The position numbers and the translations under genes are program-made. 64,000 bases of DNA, taken from assembly GCA_030583845.1 (NCBI GenBank), contig CP129478.1:513835-577834 (forward strand), in the 5' to 3' direction. A model generated the notes under the pieces. That model was given only the letters and a program-made list of their open reading frames with translations. It did no database searches and had not been told where the DNA came from. The stretch is from Candidatus Dojkabacteria bacterium. Its GTDB lineage: Bacteria; Patescibacteriota; Dojkabacteria; SC72; JAHDCA01. Each line of letters opens with the position of its first letter. The first letter of the stretch is position 1. This document shows, piece after piece, positions 46,140-54,712 of the stretch.

Positions 46140-46456
46140 GAAAGATAGCTCAATCACTCACAATCGCAGCTTCGCTAACATTCCTAGGTAGCCGTGCTGT
46201 GTTTGCAGCGCCTCCGAAGTTTGAGGATCTTTCTATAGTGATTGGCAATGCTTTGACTGCAGCGCTTAGCTTTTCTGCTTTGCTGGCAGTAGGGATGATT
46301 ATCTTCGCTGGATACACATACATGACCTCACAGGGTGATCCTCAAAAGATACAGCAGGCGCAGGGTACAATCACCTGGACTGTTGTTGCGCTTATCTTCC
46401 TCGCAATTTCGGGTGTGGCCATCATCGCACTGATGGACTTCTTCTCTATTCAGTAG
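46136..46456 (+). CDS. VirB2/TrbC-like T4SS pilin paralog 5
   Basis: IIFAGYTYMTSQGDPQKIQQAQGTITWTVVALIFLAISGVAIIAL; start overlaps the stop of paralog 4. Confidence 0.5.
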   Translation: MRKIAQSLTIAASLTFLGSRAVFAAPPKFEDLSIVIGNALTAALSFSALLAVGMIIFAGYTYMTSQGDPQKIQQAQGTITWTVVALIFLAISGVAIIALMDFFSIQ

Positions 46457-46487
46457 GCTTCAAGTTCAGGATAAGGATTGATCTGAA

Positions 46488-47147
46488 TTGGATAACCGCG
46501 AGCTCTCTTTTGTGCTAAAATTTGCTGAATTAAGTTGGCATTTTAAATCAATGGAGAACGAACAGAAAAAAGATAAAAGTTTGCAGCAACTTCGTATGTT
46601 AACGTTTATGGCGGTTGGTTCATGCATTTTCTTCTTCTATGTGGCATATATGGGCTTCACAGGCTCGCTTAGCATCCCAGGTATGGAGCAGGATAAAGGG
46701 GCATCGGTCCAGGGTGTTAATGATAGTGCAAACGATGTAGTAAAGCTCTCGCAAGGCACTCCAGCATCGATTCAGATCAATAATGCAGAAGCAGAAAGTG
46801 GTACCTCCACTGTAGAAGTGAAACTAAGCTCGCCAGTAAATCTGGCTGGTGCAGAGCTTTACTTTGAAATAGAGGGTAATCTGCAGGTGGCCGCAGTTAC
46901 ATGCTCAGCTCTTGTAACCTGCATCAGTAGTGAAGCCAAAAATGGTCGTGTAGAGATAATCGCGCTTGTATCTCCAGATAATGCAGAGCTTTTCCCCGCT
47001 GGTGTCTATGAGCTGGCAACAATAGCTTATGTTCCAGGAACTTATGGCGAATTGAAACTTGACCCACAGTCTACACTGCTCGAGATAGGCTCAGACCAAT
47101 CGATACTGTCGGATAGCAATCCACACCTTGCGGTTGGGAGCTATTAA
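46488..47147 (+). CDS. membrane-anchored surface protein with cohesin-like beta domain
   Basis: N-terminal TM; domain similar to that in 47186-47839 and 22709-23581 (VEVKLSSPVNLAGAELYFEIEG...). Confidence 0.4.
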   Translation: MDNRELSFVLKFAELSWHFKSMENEQKKDKSLQQLRMLTFMAVGSCIFFFYVAYMGFTGSLSIPGMEQDKGASVQGVNDSANDVVKLSQGTPASIQINNAEAESGTSTVEVKLSSPVNLAGAELYFEIEGNLQVAAVTCSALVTCISSEAKNGRVEIIALVSPDNAELFPAGVYELATIAYVPGTYGELKLDPQSTLLEIGSDQSILSDSNPHLAVGSY

Positions 47148-47185
47148 GGTCATAATGGCTTGATAACTATAAGTGCCGAATTTAT

Positions 47186-47839
47186 ATGACGCTGCTGCTC
47201 AAAGGATTAAGAAGACAAGGTAAGATTATCCGCACCTTTACGATTTTATTTGTAGCAACTTTGCTCTTTTCATTTGCCGCGACTCCTGCAGAGGCTGCGA
47301 CCATATCCATATCGCCAGCTTCTGGTACATATGCAGGATCTTTCTCGTTCAATGTCGTAATTGATGTTGCGAGTGGAGAGCAGATGGCGGCAGTAGACTT
47401 AAATATTGCCTATACCGGTCCGGTTGAGTTTGTAACCGCGGCTAATGGGGTTCAAAACTGTACCCCATCCGTCAATGCGGGTAGTGGTACGGTAAATGTG
47501 CTCTGTGCATCTCTTGATTACTTTCAAGATGGCGCAATTGTCAGGCTTACTTTCGTGGCTAACGGTAGTGGTACAGCTAATTTCACTGTTAGCGTGGCCG
47601 ACAGTGATGGGACAATCTCGAGTGCCACCGGCGCTTCCTATACTGTGAGCGGGAGTGGTGGTCAGGGAGGTGGTGGCGAATTGCCTGAAACAGCGTTAAT
47701 AGATGTGAAAACAGCTGGAGTAGGGACATTTCTACTAAGTGTAGGAATGGCGTCGCTGCTTCTTGGGCATGTAATAAATCGTGCACCCAAATCTGACGAG
47801 CTATATGAAGATAAGTGTTTGGCAGATAAGGTCAAATAA
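47186..47839 (+). CDS. surface protein with cohesin-like domain and C-terminal LPXTG-like (LPETA) sorting signal
   Basis: Signal peptide; Gly-rich spacer; ELPETA + hydrophobic helix (GVGTFLLSVGMASLLLGHVI) + charged tail. Confidence 0.5.
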   Translation: MTLLLKGLRRQGKIIRTFTILFVATLLFSFAATPAEAATISISPASGTYAGSFSFNVVIDVASGEQMAAVDLNIAYTGPVEFVTAANGVQNCTPSVNAGSGTVNVLCASLDYFQDGAIVRLTFVANGSGTANFTVSVADSDGTISSATGASYTVSGSGGQGGGGELPETALIDVKTAGVGTFLLSVGMASLLLGHVINRAPKSDELYEDKCLADKVK

Positions 47840-47854
47840 TCTAGATTTATCCAA

Positions 47855-49735
47855 ATGCTTCTAAAAAAGAATATTAAAAATGCACTTTTTGTATTAATGA
47901 TTCTCTGTACTACAGGGTTGGCTCTCTTTTGGGTAGATTCAACACTTAGAACGCCAGTCAGATCGCAATCCGCCGAAGATCTCGAAGAAGAGCTAGAGCT
48001 TACACAGGAGCAGCTTGCCGAGCAGAATCGAATTTTGGAACAAGCCAGAAGTCAGATATCCAGAATTACCTCGAGTTCCCGATCGGTTAGCCAGAAAATC
48101 GCTGACTTGGAGGCAGTCATTGCTGATCTAGAGGCAGATATAAAGGACACGCAAGCGCAGATTACAACAAAAGAGGAGTCAATCAAGACTAAGCAAGGAG
48201 AGCTAGAAATCAAGGTCGACTCTGCGAAAGAGATAACTGGTCAGCTATATCGAGGCTCGCGTTCTAGCCTTCTTGAGCTAATCATGGCTCAAACCAAAAG
48301 CAACGACCTTCTACGCGCACTAGCCTACAGGAAGTATGTGTTCAGAGCCCACGCCGACCAGATGGCCAGTCTAAACAAAGAGATCGAATCTCTAGAAGCC
48401 GAGAAAGCAGCGTTGGATCAGGAGAAGGCTAACCTCGAGAGCCAAAATATAGCACTCGATGAGTCAAGGCAGGCCTTAAACGCTGAGCGGTCGAACTTGC
48501 AGGCTCAGCTAAATGCCCAGCGTAGCGCCTCGAATCAAGCCCAGTCACAGATCAACACCCTGAATGGTCAGATTACTCAGCTACAACAGCAGATCTTGAT
48601 CGCAAGATCGGGTGCATTTATACCTCCTATTGATTCAACCCCTATCGGTGCTGATTACCCTGGTACTGCAGCTGGATTTCGAGAGCTAGCACCATCGGGC
48701 TCATATGCTGTGTTCTCATTTGGTGCTTATACCCACCGTAATGGTATGAGTCAATGGGGTGCAAAAGCACGCGATGATGCAGGGCAGAACTTTAACCAGA
48801 TTCTGAGCGCATATTATCCTGGTACGACGATCCGGACTGGGACCGTCAATATCAATGGGACAATCGAGAATCTTACAGCCAATATCACTGTAACAGGGCA
48901 TGGAACTATGCCTTTTGAGGCCCAGTATCTACTTGGGATTAGGGAGATAACCGGAGCATGGAACAATTCTAGCGATATTAATGTGTTGAAAGCACAGGCG
49001 ATAGCGGCGAGAACCTATGCAATCCGCCGTACTACAAACGGCCGTACCGCAATCTGCGCGACAGAAAGCTGTCAGGTGTATAGTCCTAACCAGTTTGGGG
49101 GTACATGGACACAGGCGGTTCAAGAGACTGCAGGCATGATATTAACCGATGGGAATGGCGTGCCAGTTTCTACACAGTATGCAGCTGTACATGGTGGATA
49201 TGGTACTGGTGTTGGCTGGGACACGACAGACGGAAGTGGCAGCGGTGATTGGATGTCTAGAGCTTATGATAGGATCAGTGGAGTATCATGGTTTTATAAA
49301 GCATGGTATAGGCAGGGCTACTCCAGCTCTGGCGAGTCGTGTGGAAGATACTCATGGCTAAATCAGGAAGAGATGGCAGATATCCTCAATGCATGGCTAG
49401 TTATGAACAACCAAGGTGTGGTTGGCAACCCGGATCTAAACAGAATCATTCCGGTGACGATCTCGACATGCCCGATCGGTGTTGGTGGCAACCCGTACTC
49501 TATGGCCGAGCTTCGTTCGTACCTAAGTGCGCCAGTAACTTCGATAAGTGGCCTGCCAGGGATAATATTTACAGGCAGCGGAAACACTTCTAGCGTTGTG
49601 TTTAGCACGAACCGGGGTACAGTCGTAATACCTGGCTCTGAATTTAAAACTATCTTTAATACTCGCGCACCTGGTCATCTCAGATTGCCATATCAGGGTA
49701 ATTACTACCACTTCAACGTTGAGAGGAAGCTGTAG
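47855..49735 (+). CDS. SpoIID/LytB-domain peptidoglycan hydrolase with N-terminal TM and long coiled coil
   Basis: KAQAIAARTYAIRRT...ICATESCQVYSP SpoIID signature; about 230-aa heptad-rich coiled coil after TM. Confidence 0.6.
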   Translation: MLLKKNIKNALFVLMILCTTGLALFWVDSTLRTPVRSQSAEDLEEELELTQEQLAEQNRILEQARSQISRITSSSRSVSQKIADLEAVIADLEADIKDTQAQITTKEESIKTKQGELEIKVDSAKEITGQLYRGSRSSLLELIMAQTKSNDLLRALAYRKYVFRAHADQMASLNKEIESLEAEKAALDQEKANLESQNIALDESRQALNAERSNLQAQLNAQRSASNQAQSQINTLNGQITQLQQQILIARSGAFIPPIDSTPIGADYPGTAAGFRELAPSGSYAVFSFGAYTHRNGMSQWGAKARDDAGQNFNQILSAYYPGTTIRTGTVNINGTIENLTANITVTGHGTMPFEAQYLLGIREITGAWNNSSDINVLKAQAIAARTYAIRRTTNGRTAICATESCQVYSPNQFGGTWTQAVQETAGMILTDGNGVPVSTQYAAVHGGYGTGVGWDTTDGSGSGDWMSRAYDRISGVSWFYKAWYRQGYSSSGESCGRYSWLNQEEMADILNAWLVMNNQGVVGNPDLNRIIPVTISTCPIGVGGNPYSMAELRSYLSAPVTSISGLPGIIFTGSGNTSSVVFSTNRGTVVIPGSEFKTIFNTRAPGHLRLPYQGNYYHFNVERKL

Positions 49736-49892
49736 TTCGTAAGTTGTCGTGATGTGGCGACCTTTTCATTCCTGATAGAGTGATATCTTGTCCGATTACC
49801 TTTGTAGAAAATATTTCTATGGGCTTCGCAATGACGCCGCGAAGTGATATAATTAGCCATATAGCTTTCCAAATTAACAACATATCTGAGGG

Positions 49893-50519
49893 GTGATGCA
49901 AGTTCAGATACCAGACAAGTTCAAAATCAATCGCAAATCGTTTGTAACCAAGATTACGCAGGCAAATTCTAGGTCTGCGATTAGCAATTTCTGCGCTTTC
50001 CCGAAGAATGTGAGCTTCACAGGCAAGGAGATCGACGAGTGTGTTGTGCTTCTTGTGCGTCGAAGCCTCGTCTCATATTGGCCACAATATCTTCTGATCT
50101 TCTTTTTTATTATCGCTCCGATGATATTTGGTGTGCTTCTGAGTGCATGGGATAATGAAAATACCGCCGCAATTGGCTTGGCCGCGACCATACTTTTCTG
50201 GTTGTTAGCATTCACAACTGCAGTTGATACATTCTTGAAATGGTTCTACTCGGTAAATATTATTACCGACCAACGCGTCATCGATGTCGACTTTAATAAT
50301 GTGCTTTATCATAGATACTCTGAAGCTCAGCTTGAGAATATCCAGGATGTGACTCACTCGGTCGCAGGATTACTTGGCTCAATCTTCGATTATGGAGATG
50401 TATATATCCAGACTGCAGGTACCAACCCAGAGTTTGTATTTGAGATGGTTCCAAAGCCAAGAATTGTACAGGATACGTTGCAGGACTTACTTGAAATGAA
50501 GCAGGAGGGCACACTTTAA
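49893..50519 (+). CDS. membrane protein with bacterial PH (bPH_2/YdbT-like) domain
   Basis: Two TM helices followed by ...IITDQRVIDVDFN...DYGDVYIQTAG pattern typical of bPH_2. Confidence 0.45.
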   Translation: MMQVQIPDKFKINRKSFVTKITQANSRSAISNFCAFPKNVSFTGKEIDECVVLLVRRSLVSYWPQYLLIFFFIIAPMIFGVLLSAWDNENTAAIGLAATILFWLLAFTTAVDTFLKWFYSVNIITDQRVIDVDFNNVLYHRYSEAQLENIQDVTHSVAGLLGSIFDYGDVYIQTAGTNPEFVFEMVPKPRIVQDTLQDLLEMKQEGTL

Positions 50520-50770
50520 TGGATTATGTTGGCCAGCTAAACCAAACAGGTGTAGAAGTGCTCAGTCTAAACTTTGCATTTCAATGCCTCTTCTTCGTAC
50601 TTATTGTCGGATACCTTTTTTATGCCTTCATGCTCACGGTTCGTGTGAGAATACTTTCAGAAACGATTAAAGCGCCCTATAACAATCTTGCTGTCACCAT
50701 AAGCTATATCCACCTGCTTGTAGCATTAATTGGTGGATTCCTTGCATTGTTGGTGATTCTTCTTGCATAA
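50519..50770 (+). CDS. small membrane protein
   Basis: 83 aa, two hydrophobic helices; ATGG overlaps with flanking genes. Confidence 0.35.
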   Translation: MDYVGQLNQTGVEVLSLNFAFQCLFFVLIVGYLFYAFMLTVRVRILSETIKAPYNNLAVTISYIHLLVALIGGFLALLVILLA

Positions 50771-53435
50771 TAGAGGCATGAAAATTCATCTTAAAGATTT
50801 TCTGGTCGATAGTCCCGACAGATCCTCGGTAACCAAGATCTTCCGCTCAGACCTCTCGGGTGATATTAGAGGTCACCTGGTAATACTGCTATCGATTAAG
50901 GCAAAAGGAAAAGTTGATGTAAACCAGATCGCGCCATTTATTATCAATGGTGTTGGTCTTGGTGCCAAAGCAGCAAAATCTCCGATCGAGTGTCTAAAAT
51001 TGGGTCTAGAGCAGGGTGAACGACAGCTGCGTGACCTTATTCGCCACGATGGAGAGGCAGAGCTAGGCCTTGATGTGAATCTCTCAATGGTGCTGCTCCA
51101 AGAAGGCAAAGCCTATATTGGTATGCTTGGCTCTCATGAGATCCGCCTATACCACGATGAAAATCTGGTAGATGTCACAGAAATCTTAGAAACCAACAAT
51201 GTCCAAACTTGTAGCCTAGTGATTAAGGATGAAGATTATTTCGTACTTTCATCTTCACGAGCCTTCTTTGACCAGCTGAGCTCTGCTACATCAGGGAGTG
51301 CCAAAGAGCTTTTCAACGATATTTCAAACACGCAGAGTGTTCTTGAGCAAGGTGAAGGACTACTTCTACTCTCGACAGGTGTAGATTTTGAGAAGTTTGC
51401 AGAGGAATATGCCGCGCCATTTGCGGCTGATCGTGACGACCAGCTTGTTGCACCTCACAATTCAGCGCTTTTTGATGTAGTGCTGACTGAGGATGAGCTA
51501 AATGTTAGCGATATTAAGGAAGAAGTTGAAGAGGAGCTAGAGGAAAAGTTGGAAGAAAAAGAGGTTGAGACAAACTCCTTCTTGGATAGTCATGCAGATG
51601 AGCCAGAGGTAGGGGCAGCCCAAACTAGGGCGTCCCGGACCTGGGACGCCCCAGAAGCTGAGCCGGCTCCCAGAGCGACTTCTCGAGATGTTTTAGAAAC
51701 TGAAACCGAAAAATATGTAGAGGAGGTCGATGAGGATCAGCCAGCAAAAGTGCAAGAAGTGCCTGTAAAGTCCAGCTCATATACAGAAAAAATGCGAGAT
51801 ACGTTCAAACCGCTGAGCGTTACGCCAACACCACCCGCAAGTGTGCCCCCTGCCATCTCGACCTCGGCCGCTCCACAAGATATCAAGAAGTTCAAAGATA
51901 TCCGTAAGCCACTGCGTGAATTTAAGTCAGGCGTAGATGTAGAAGACCTGAAAGGGAAATTCCGCACAGTTTCCAACAAGACTCAGCAAAAATTAAGTCC
52001 GGTAGTCAATAAAGTGGGTACAAACCTCTCTAGGAAGTATGACACAGTTTCTACTCGGGTTACCAATAGGCTCTCGACAAAATATGGTCGAAGTCCATGG
52101 TTTAAACGAATCATGGCAAAATTAAGCCAGGCTCGAGTAAGCAGCGGTAAGGCACCGGGACTAAGACTTGGTGAGTACAGAGAGAGGGCAAATCGAAGGA
52201 GCAAATTCACCAAGATTGCACTGGCGTTTGTTATTGTTGCGCTAATCTTTAGCGGATGGAGAATTACCCAGAATTGGAAATATAAGTCAGAAGTCCACAG
52301 CAAATTTGTGAGCTATCTGTCAGCTGTTGAGGGTAGCCTAAGTGAGGCCGAAGCAAAGGTGAATAGTAGCCCGGAAGAAGCCATCCTAGCACTGTTTAAT
52401 GCACAAAAGAAGATTGACCAGATACCTGTAAGCCTAGATGACCTGTCAGAAGATGATCGTGAGGCATATAGCGACCTTCAAGGACGTGTACTGGGAATCT
52501 CCGACCAGGTAAATAAGGTGACGGTACTTTCTGAAGATTCTGGCAACATAAGTCTATTTGCAGATGGCAGGATTGATTTCGACTCAAAGTCTGCACCAAC
52601 TGACATTGCCATTTTTAGAAACTCTGAGCTGGTAGAGCAGCTATTGATTACCGACAGAGGTACAAGCTCGGTCTACCGAATCCCGACCGTTGGAGGTGAT
52701 GTGAAGAAAATTCTTGACACAAACGGTGTTGTTAAAACCCCGATGTATATCGATGTAGGAACCAATGGTATATATATTTTTGACGAGACAGCAGGTGTAT
52801 TGAGAGCTGCGTTTGGTGACTCAGATAGTGAGATCACCACATTCACGACGCTGACTGGGGCAGGCCGAGATCAATTTGAAGGTGCAAGTGTAGATGAGTT
52901 TGCCGTATTTACCGCCGCAGACAATCTTTACGTCTTGAGCAAGAGTGCAAACTCTATTTTCAAGTCTCAACGAGCGTCCAGCGGTTCTTACGGATTGCCA
53001 TTTGTGTATTATGAAAATGCTGTTTTGTCCAGCGGTGAAGATCTTTTTGCTGACTTCAATATCTATGTGATCACAGGCGGGGCTACAGGGCTAAATCGTT
53101 ATACATTTGATAGCAGGCGGGGAGCATTGACGGAGTTCCCAGTGGAAGTTGCTGAGCTACGCGGATCATTTGAAAATCTAACCGCCGGATACACAGGGGC
53201 TGATCTGACCAAAGAGCTATATCTATTTGACAATGCAACCAAGAGGATAATAATCTTGGCGAAGCCTAGTGAGGGTGATAATGCAAATGCTAGCGTGATG
53301 GTGATGCAGAAACAGTTTGAGTATAGAGGGGACAATGATGAAATGTTTGAGAATGTCTCAGATATAGTTGTGGATGATGCAGAGCAGTTCATGTATGTCC
53401 TTGATGGGACTAAAGTGTGGAAGATCACCCTGTGA
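50763..53435 (+). CDS. large bitopic membrane protein (cytoplasmic about 470 aa, acidic/low-complexity linker, one TM at about residue 480, extracytoplasmic about 400 aa), function unknown
   Basis: TM FTKIALAFVIVALIFSGW; carries an in-frame copy of a palindromic repeat in its acidic linker. Confidence 0.5.
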   Translation: MHNRGMKIHLKDFLVDSPDRSSVTKIFRSDLSGDIRGHLVILLSIKAKGKVDVNQIAPFIINGVGLGAKAAKSPIECLKLGLEQGERQLRDLIRHDGEAELGLDVNLSMVLLQEGKAYIGMLGSHEIRLYHDENLVDVTEILETNNVQTCSLVIKDEDYFVLSSSRAFFDQLSSATSGSAKELFNDISNTQSVLEQGEGLLLLSTGVDFEKFAEEYAAPFAADRDDQLVAPHNSALFDVVLTEDELNVSDIKEEVEEELEEKLEEKEVETNSFLDSHADEPEVGAAQTRASRTWDAPEAEPAPRATSRDVLETETEKYVEEVDEDQPAKVQEVPVKSSSYTEKMRDTFKPLSVTPTPPASVPPAISTSAAPQDIKKFKDIRKPLREFKSGVDVEDLKGKFRTVSNKTQQKLSPVVNKVGTNLSRKYDTVSTRVTNRLSTKYGRSPWFKRIMAKLSQARVSSGKAPGLRLGEYRERANRRSKFTKIALAFVIVALIFSGWRITQNWKYKSEVHSKFVSYLSAVEGSLSEAEAKVNSSPEEAILALFNAQKKIDQIPVSLDDLSEDDREAYSDLQGRVLGISDQVNKVTVLSEDSGNISLFADGRIDFDSKSAPTDIAIFRNSELVEQLLITDRGTSSVYRIPTVGGDVKKILDTNGVVKTPMYIDVGTNGIYIFDETAGVLRAAFGDSDSEITTFTTLTGAGRDQFEGASVDEFAVFTAADNLYVLSKSANSIFKSQRASSGSYGLPFVYYENAVLSSGEDLFADFNIYVITGGATGLNRYTFDSRRGALTEFPVEVAELRGSFENLTAGYTGADLTKELYLFDNATKRIIILAKPSEGDNANASVMVMQKQFEYRGDNDEMFENVSDIVVDDAEQFMYVLDGTKVWKITL
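51628..51652. repeat. GGGCGTCCCGG-N-CTGGGACGCCCC palindromic repeat copy inside the CDS 50763-53435 (translated in frame as AQTRASRTWDAP)
   Basis: Same hairpin module as 937-961 and 23611-23635; sits in an acidic linker. Confidence 0.5.
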
Positions 53436-53890
53436 GCATAAAAATTATCTCAAAAAACAAGCGGGCATATTTCGATTATGAGATCTTAGAGGAATTTGAA
53501 GCTGGAATTGCACTTGCTGGTGCTGAGGTCAAGTCTGTAAAGAATTCCCAAGTTAATCTAGCCGATTCTTTTGTACGGTTTGAAGGCGACCAGGCTTATC
53601 TCTGGAACGCAAATATCGCCATGTATAAGCATGCATACGATCCCTCTTACGATCCATTAAGGAGTCGTAAGCTATTATTAAAGAAAGGGGAGATAGATAT
53701 GCTTCAGAGCAAGGTTAAGCAGGCTCGCCTTACTGTTGTACCGCTAAAGGTATACTTAAGTAGAGGGCTAGTCAAATTATCTATCGGGCTGGTGCGGGGC
53801 AAGAAACAGTATGAGAAGAAACTAAAAATTAAGGAGCGTGACCTTGATCGTGAGCTACATAGAGAAAAAAGGGTTCACATGGTAAAATAG
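53417..53890 (+). CDS. smpB: SsrA-binding protein SmpB
   Basis: KNKRAYFDYEILEEFEAGIALAGAEVKS..., RSRKLLLKKGEI, VVPLKVYLSRGLVKLSIGLVRGKKQYEKK. Confidence 0.85.
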   Translation: MEDHPVSIKIISKNKRAYFDYEILEEFEAGIALAGAEVKSVKNSQVNLADSFVRFEGDQAYLWNANIAMYKHAYDPSYDPLRSRKLLLKKGEIDMLQSKVKQARLTVVPLKVYLSRGLVKLSIGLVRGKKQYEKKLKIKERDLDRELHREKRVHMVK

Positions 53891-53917
53891 CCGACGTATA
53901 GTGACAGCAAAAGAGAT

Positions 53918-54601
53918 ATGACGCCTAACAATCAAACAAATAATGTTAGCCAGCAGGAACGGGAGCTACTGATCCAGCAGGAAATCCCTAGGTATCTTCA
54001 GCGCATGCTTTCTGTAGACCAGTGGGAAAGATTTACACTAGAGCAGAAAGATCTATTGCGCCAATCCGAAAATGGCCTTCCCAAAAATCTAAACGGCATA
54101 GTACCAGATAGCATCTGGGGCACACTCCAGCCCGAGCAGAAGCTCGAATTCCTCTTCTCGCACAATCTTCTACCACGCTTTGAGATGACCGCTGACCCGA
54201 TGGAGGCCGTCTCACACGGTTTCGATGGAGCTATGCAAGGCACTGAGACAATGAGTGTCGAGATGGCAGAAGAAGCAGAGTCACAGGCGGTAGAGGTACC
54301 GTTACAGCAAGAATCGAAGGAGCAGTTCACCCAGGCGGTAGAGAGGATGAATCAGGTAGAGGAGCAATATAGCACTGATGTGGAGCCACAGCTCCCACCA
54401 GAAGATGTCAGACACCTGGATAATGAAAGAGGCAGGAATCTCCTCCTTTCATCACCCACGATAGTTGGCCACCGCCCATCCGACGATCTTCTTGCCAACT
54501 ATAAGAAGTATGCAGATGGTAACACCACACAGAGCAAGACCTGGATCTCCACAATGATCCAGAAGTTTGTTGACTCAATCGGTCTGGAAAGAGTCGAATA
54601 A
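53918..54601 (+). CDS. hypothetical acidic/Q-rich protein
   Basis: 227 aa ORF. Confidence 0.4.
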   Translation: MTPNNQTNNVSQQERELLIQQEIPRYLQRMLSVDQWERFTLEQKDLLRQSENGLPKNLNGIVPDSIWGTLQPEQKLEFLFSHNLLPRFEMTADPMEAVSHGFDGAMQGTETMSVEMAEEAESQAVEVPLQQESKEQFTQAVERMNQVEEQYSTDVEPQLPPEDVRHLDNERGRNLLLSSPTIVGHRPSDDLLANYKKYADGNTTQSKTWISTMIQKFVDSIGLERVE

Positions 54602-54712
54602 GCAGCAAAATGTCGCTTTGAGACCTCGCTTTCCGATAGTTCATATGCTATCCTGATTTAGTATTTAAAAAGCTTTCGGATAGATGTTTGGCAATTCACA
54701 AACATCGTAGGG

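Noticed and set aside
50763-51400. N-terminal domain of the 890-aa membrane protein as a PP2C/SpoIIE-like phosphatase
   Set aside because: Could not find the conserved metal-binding Asp-Gly motifs by eye; left as unknown
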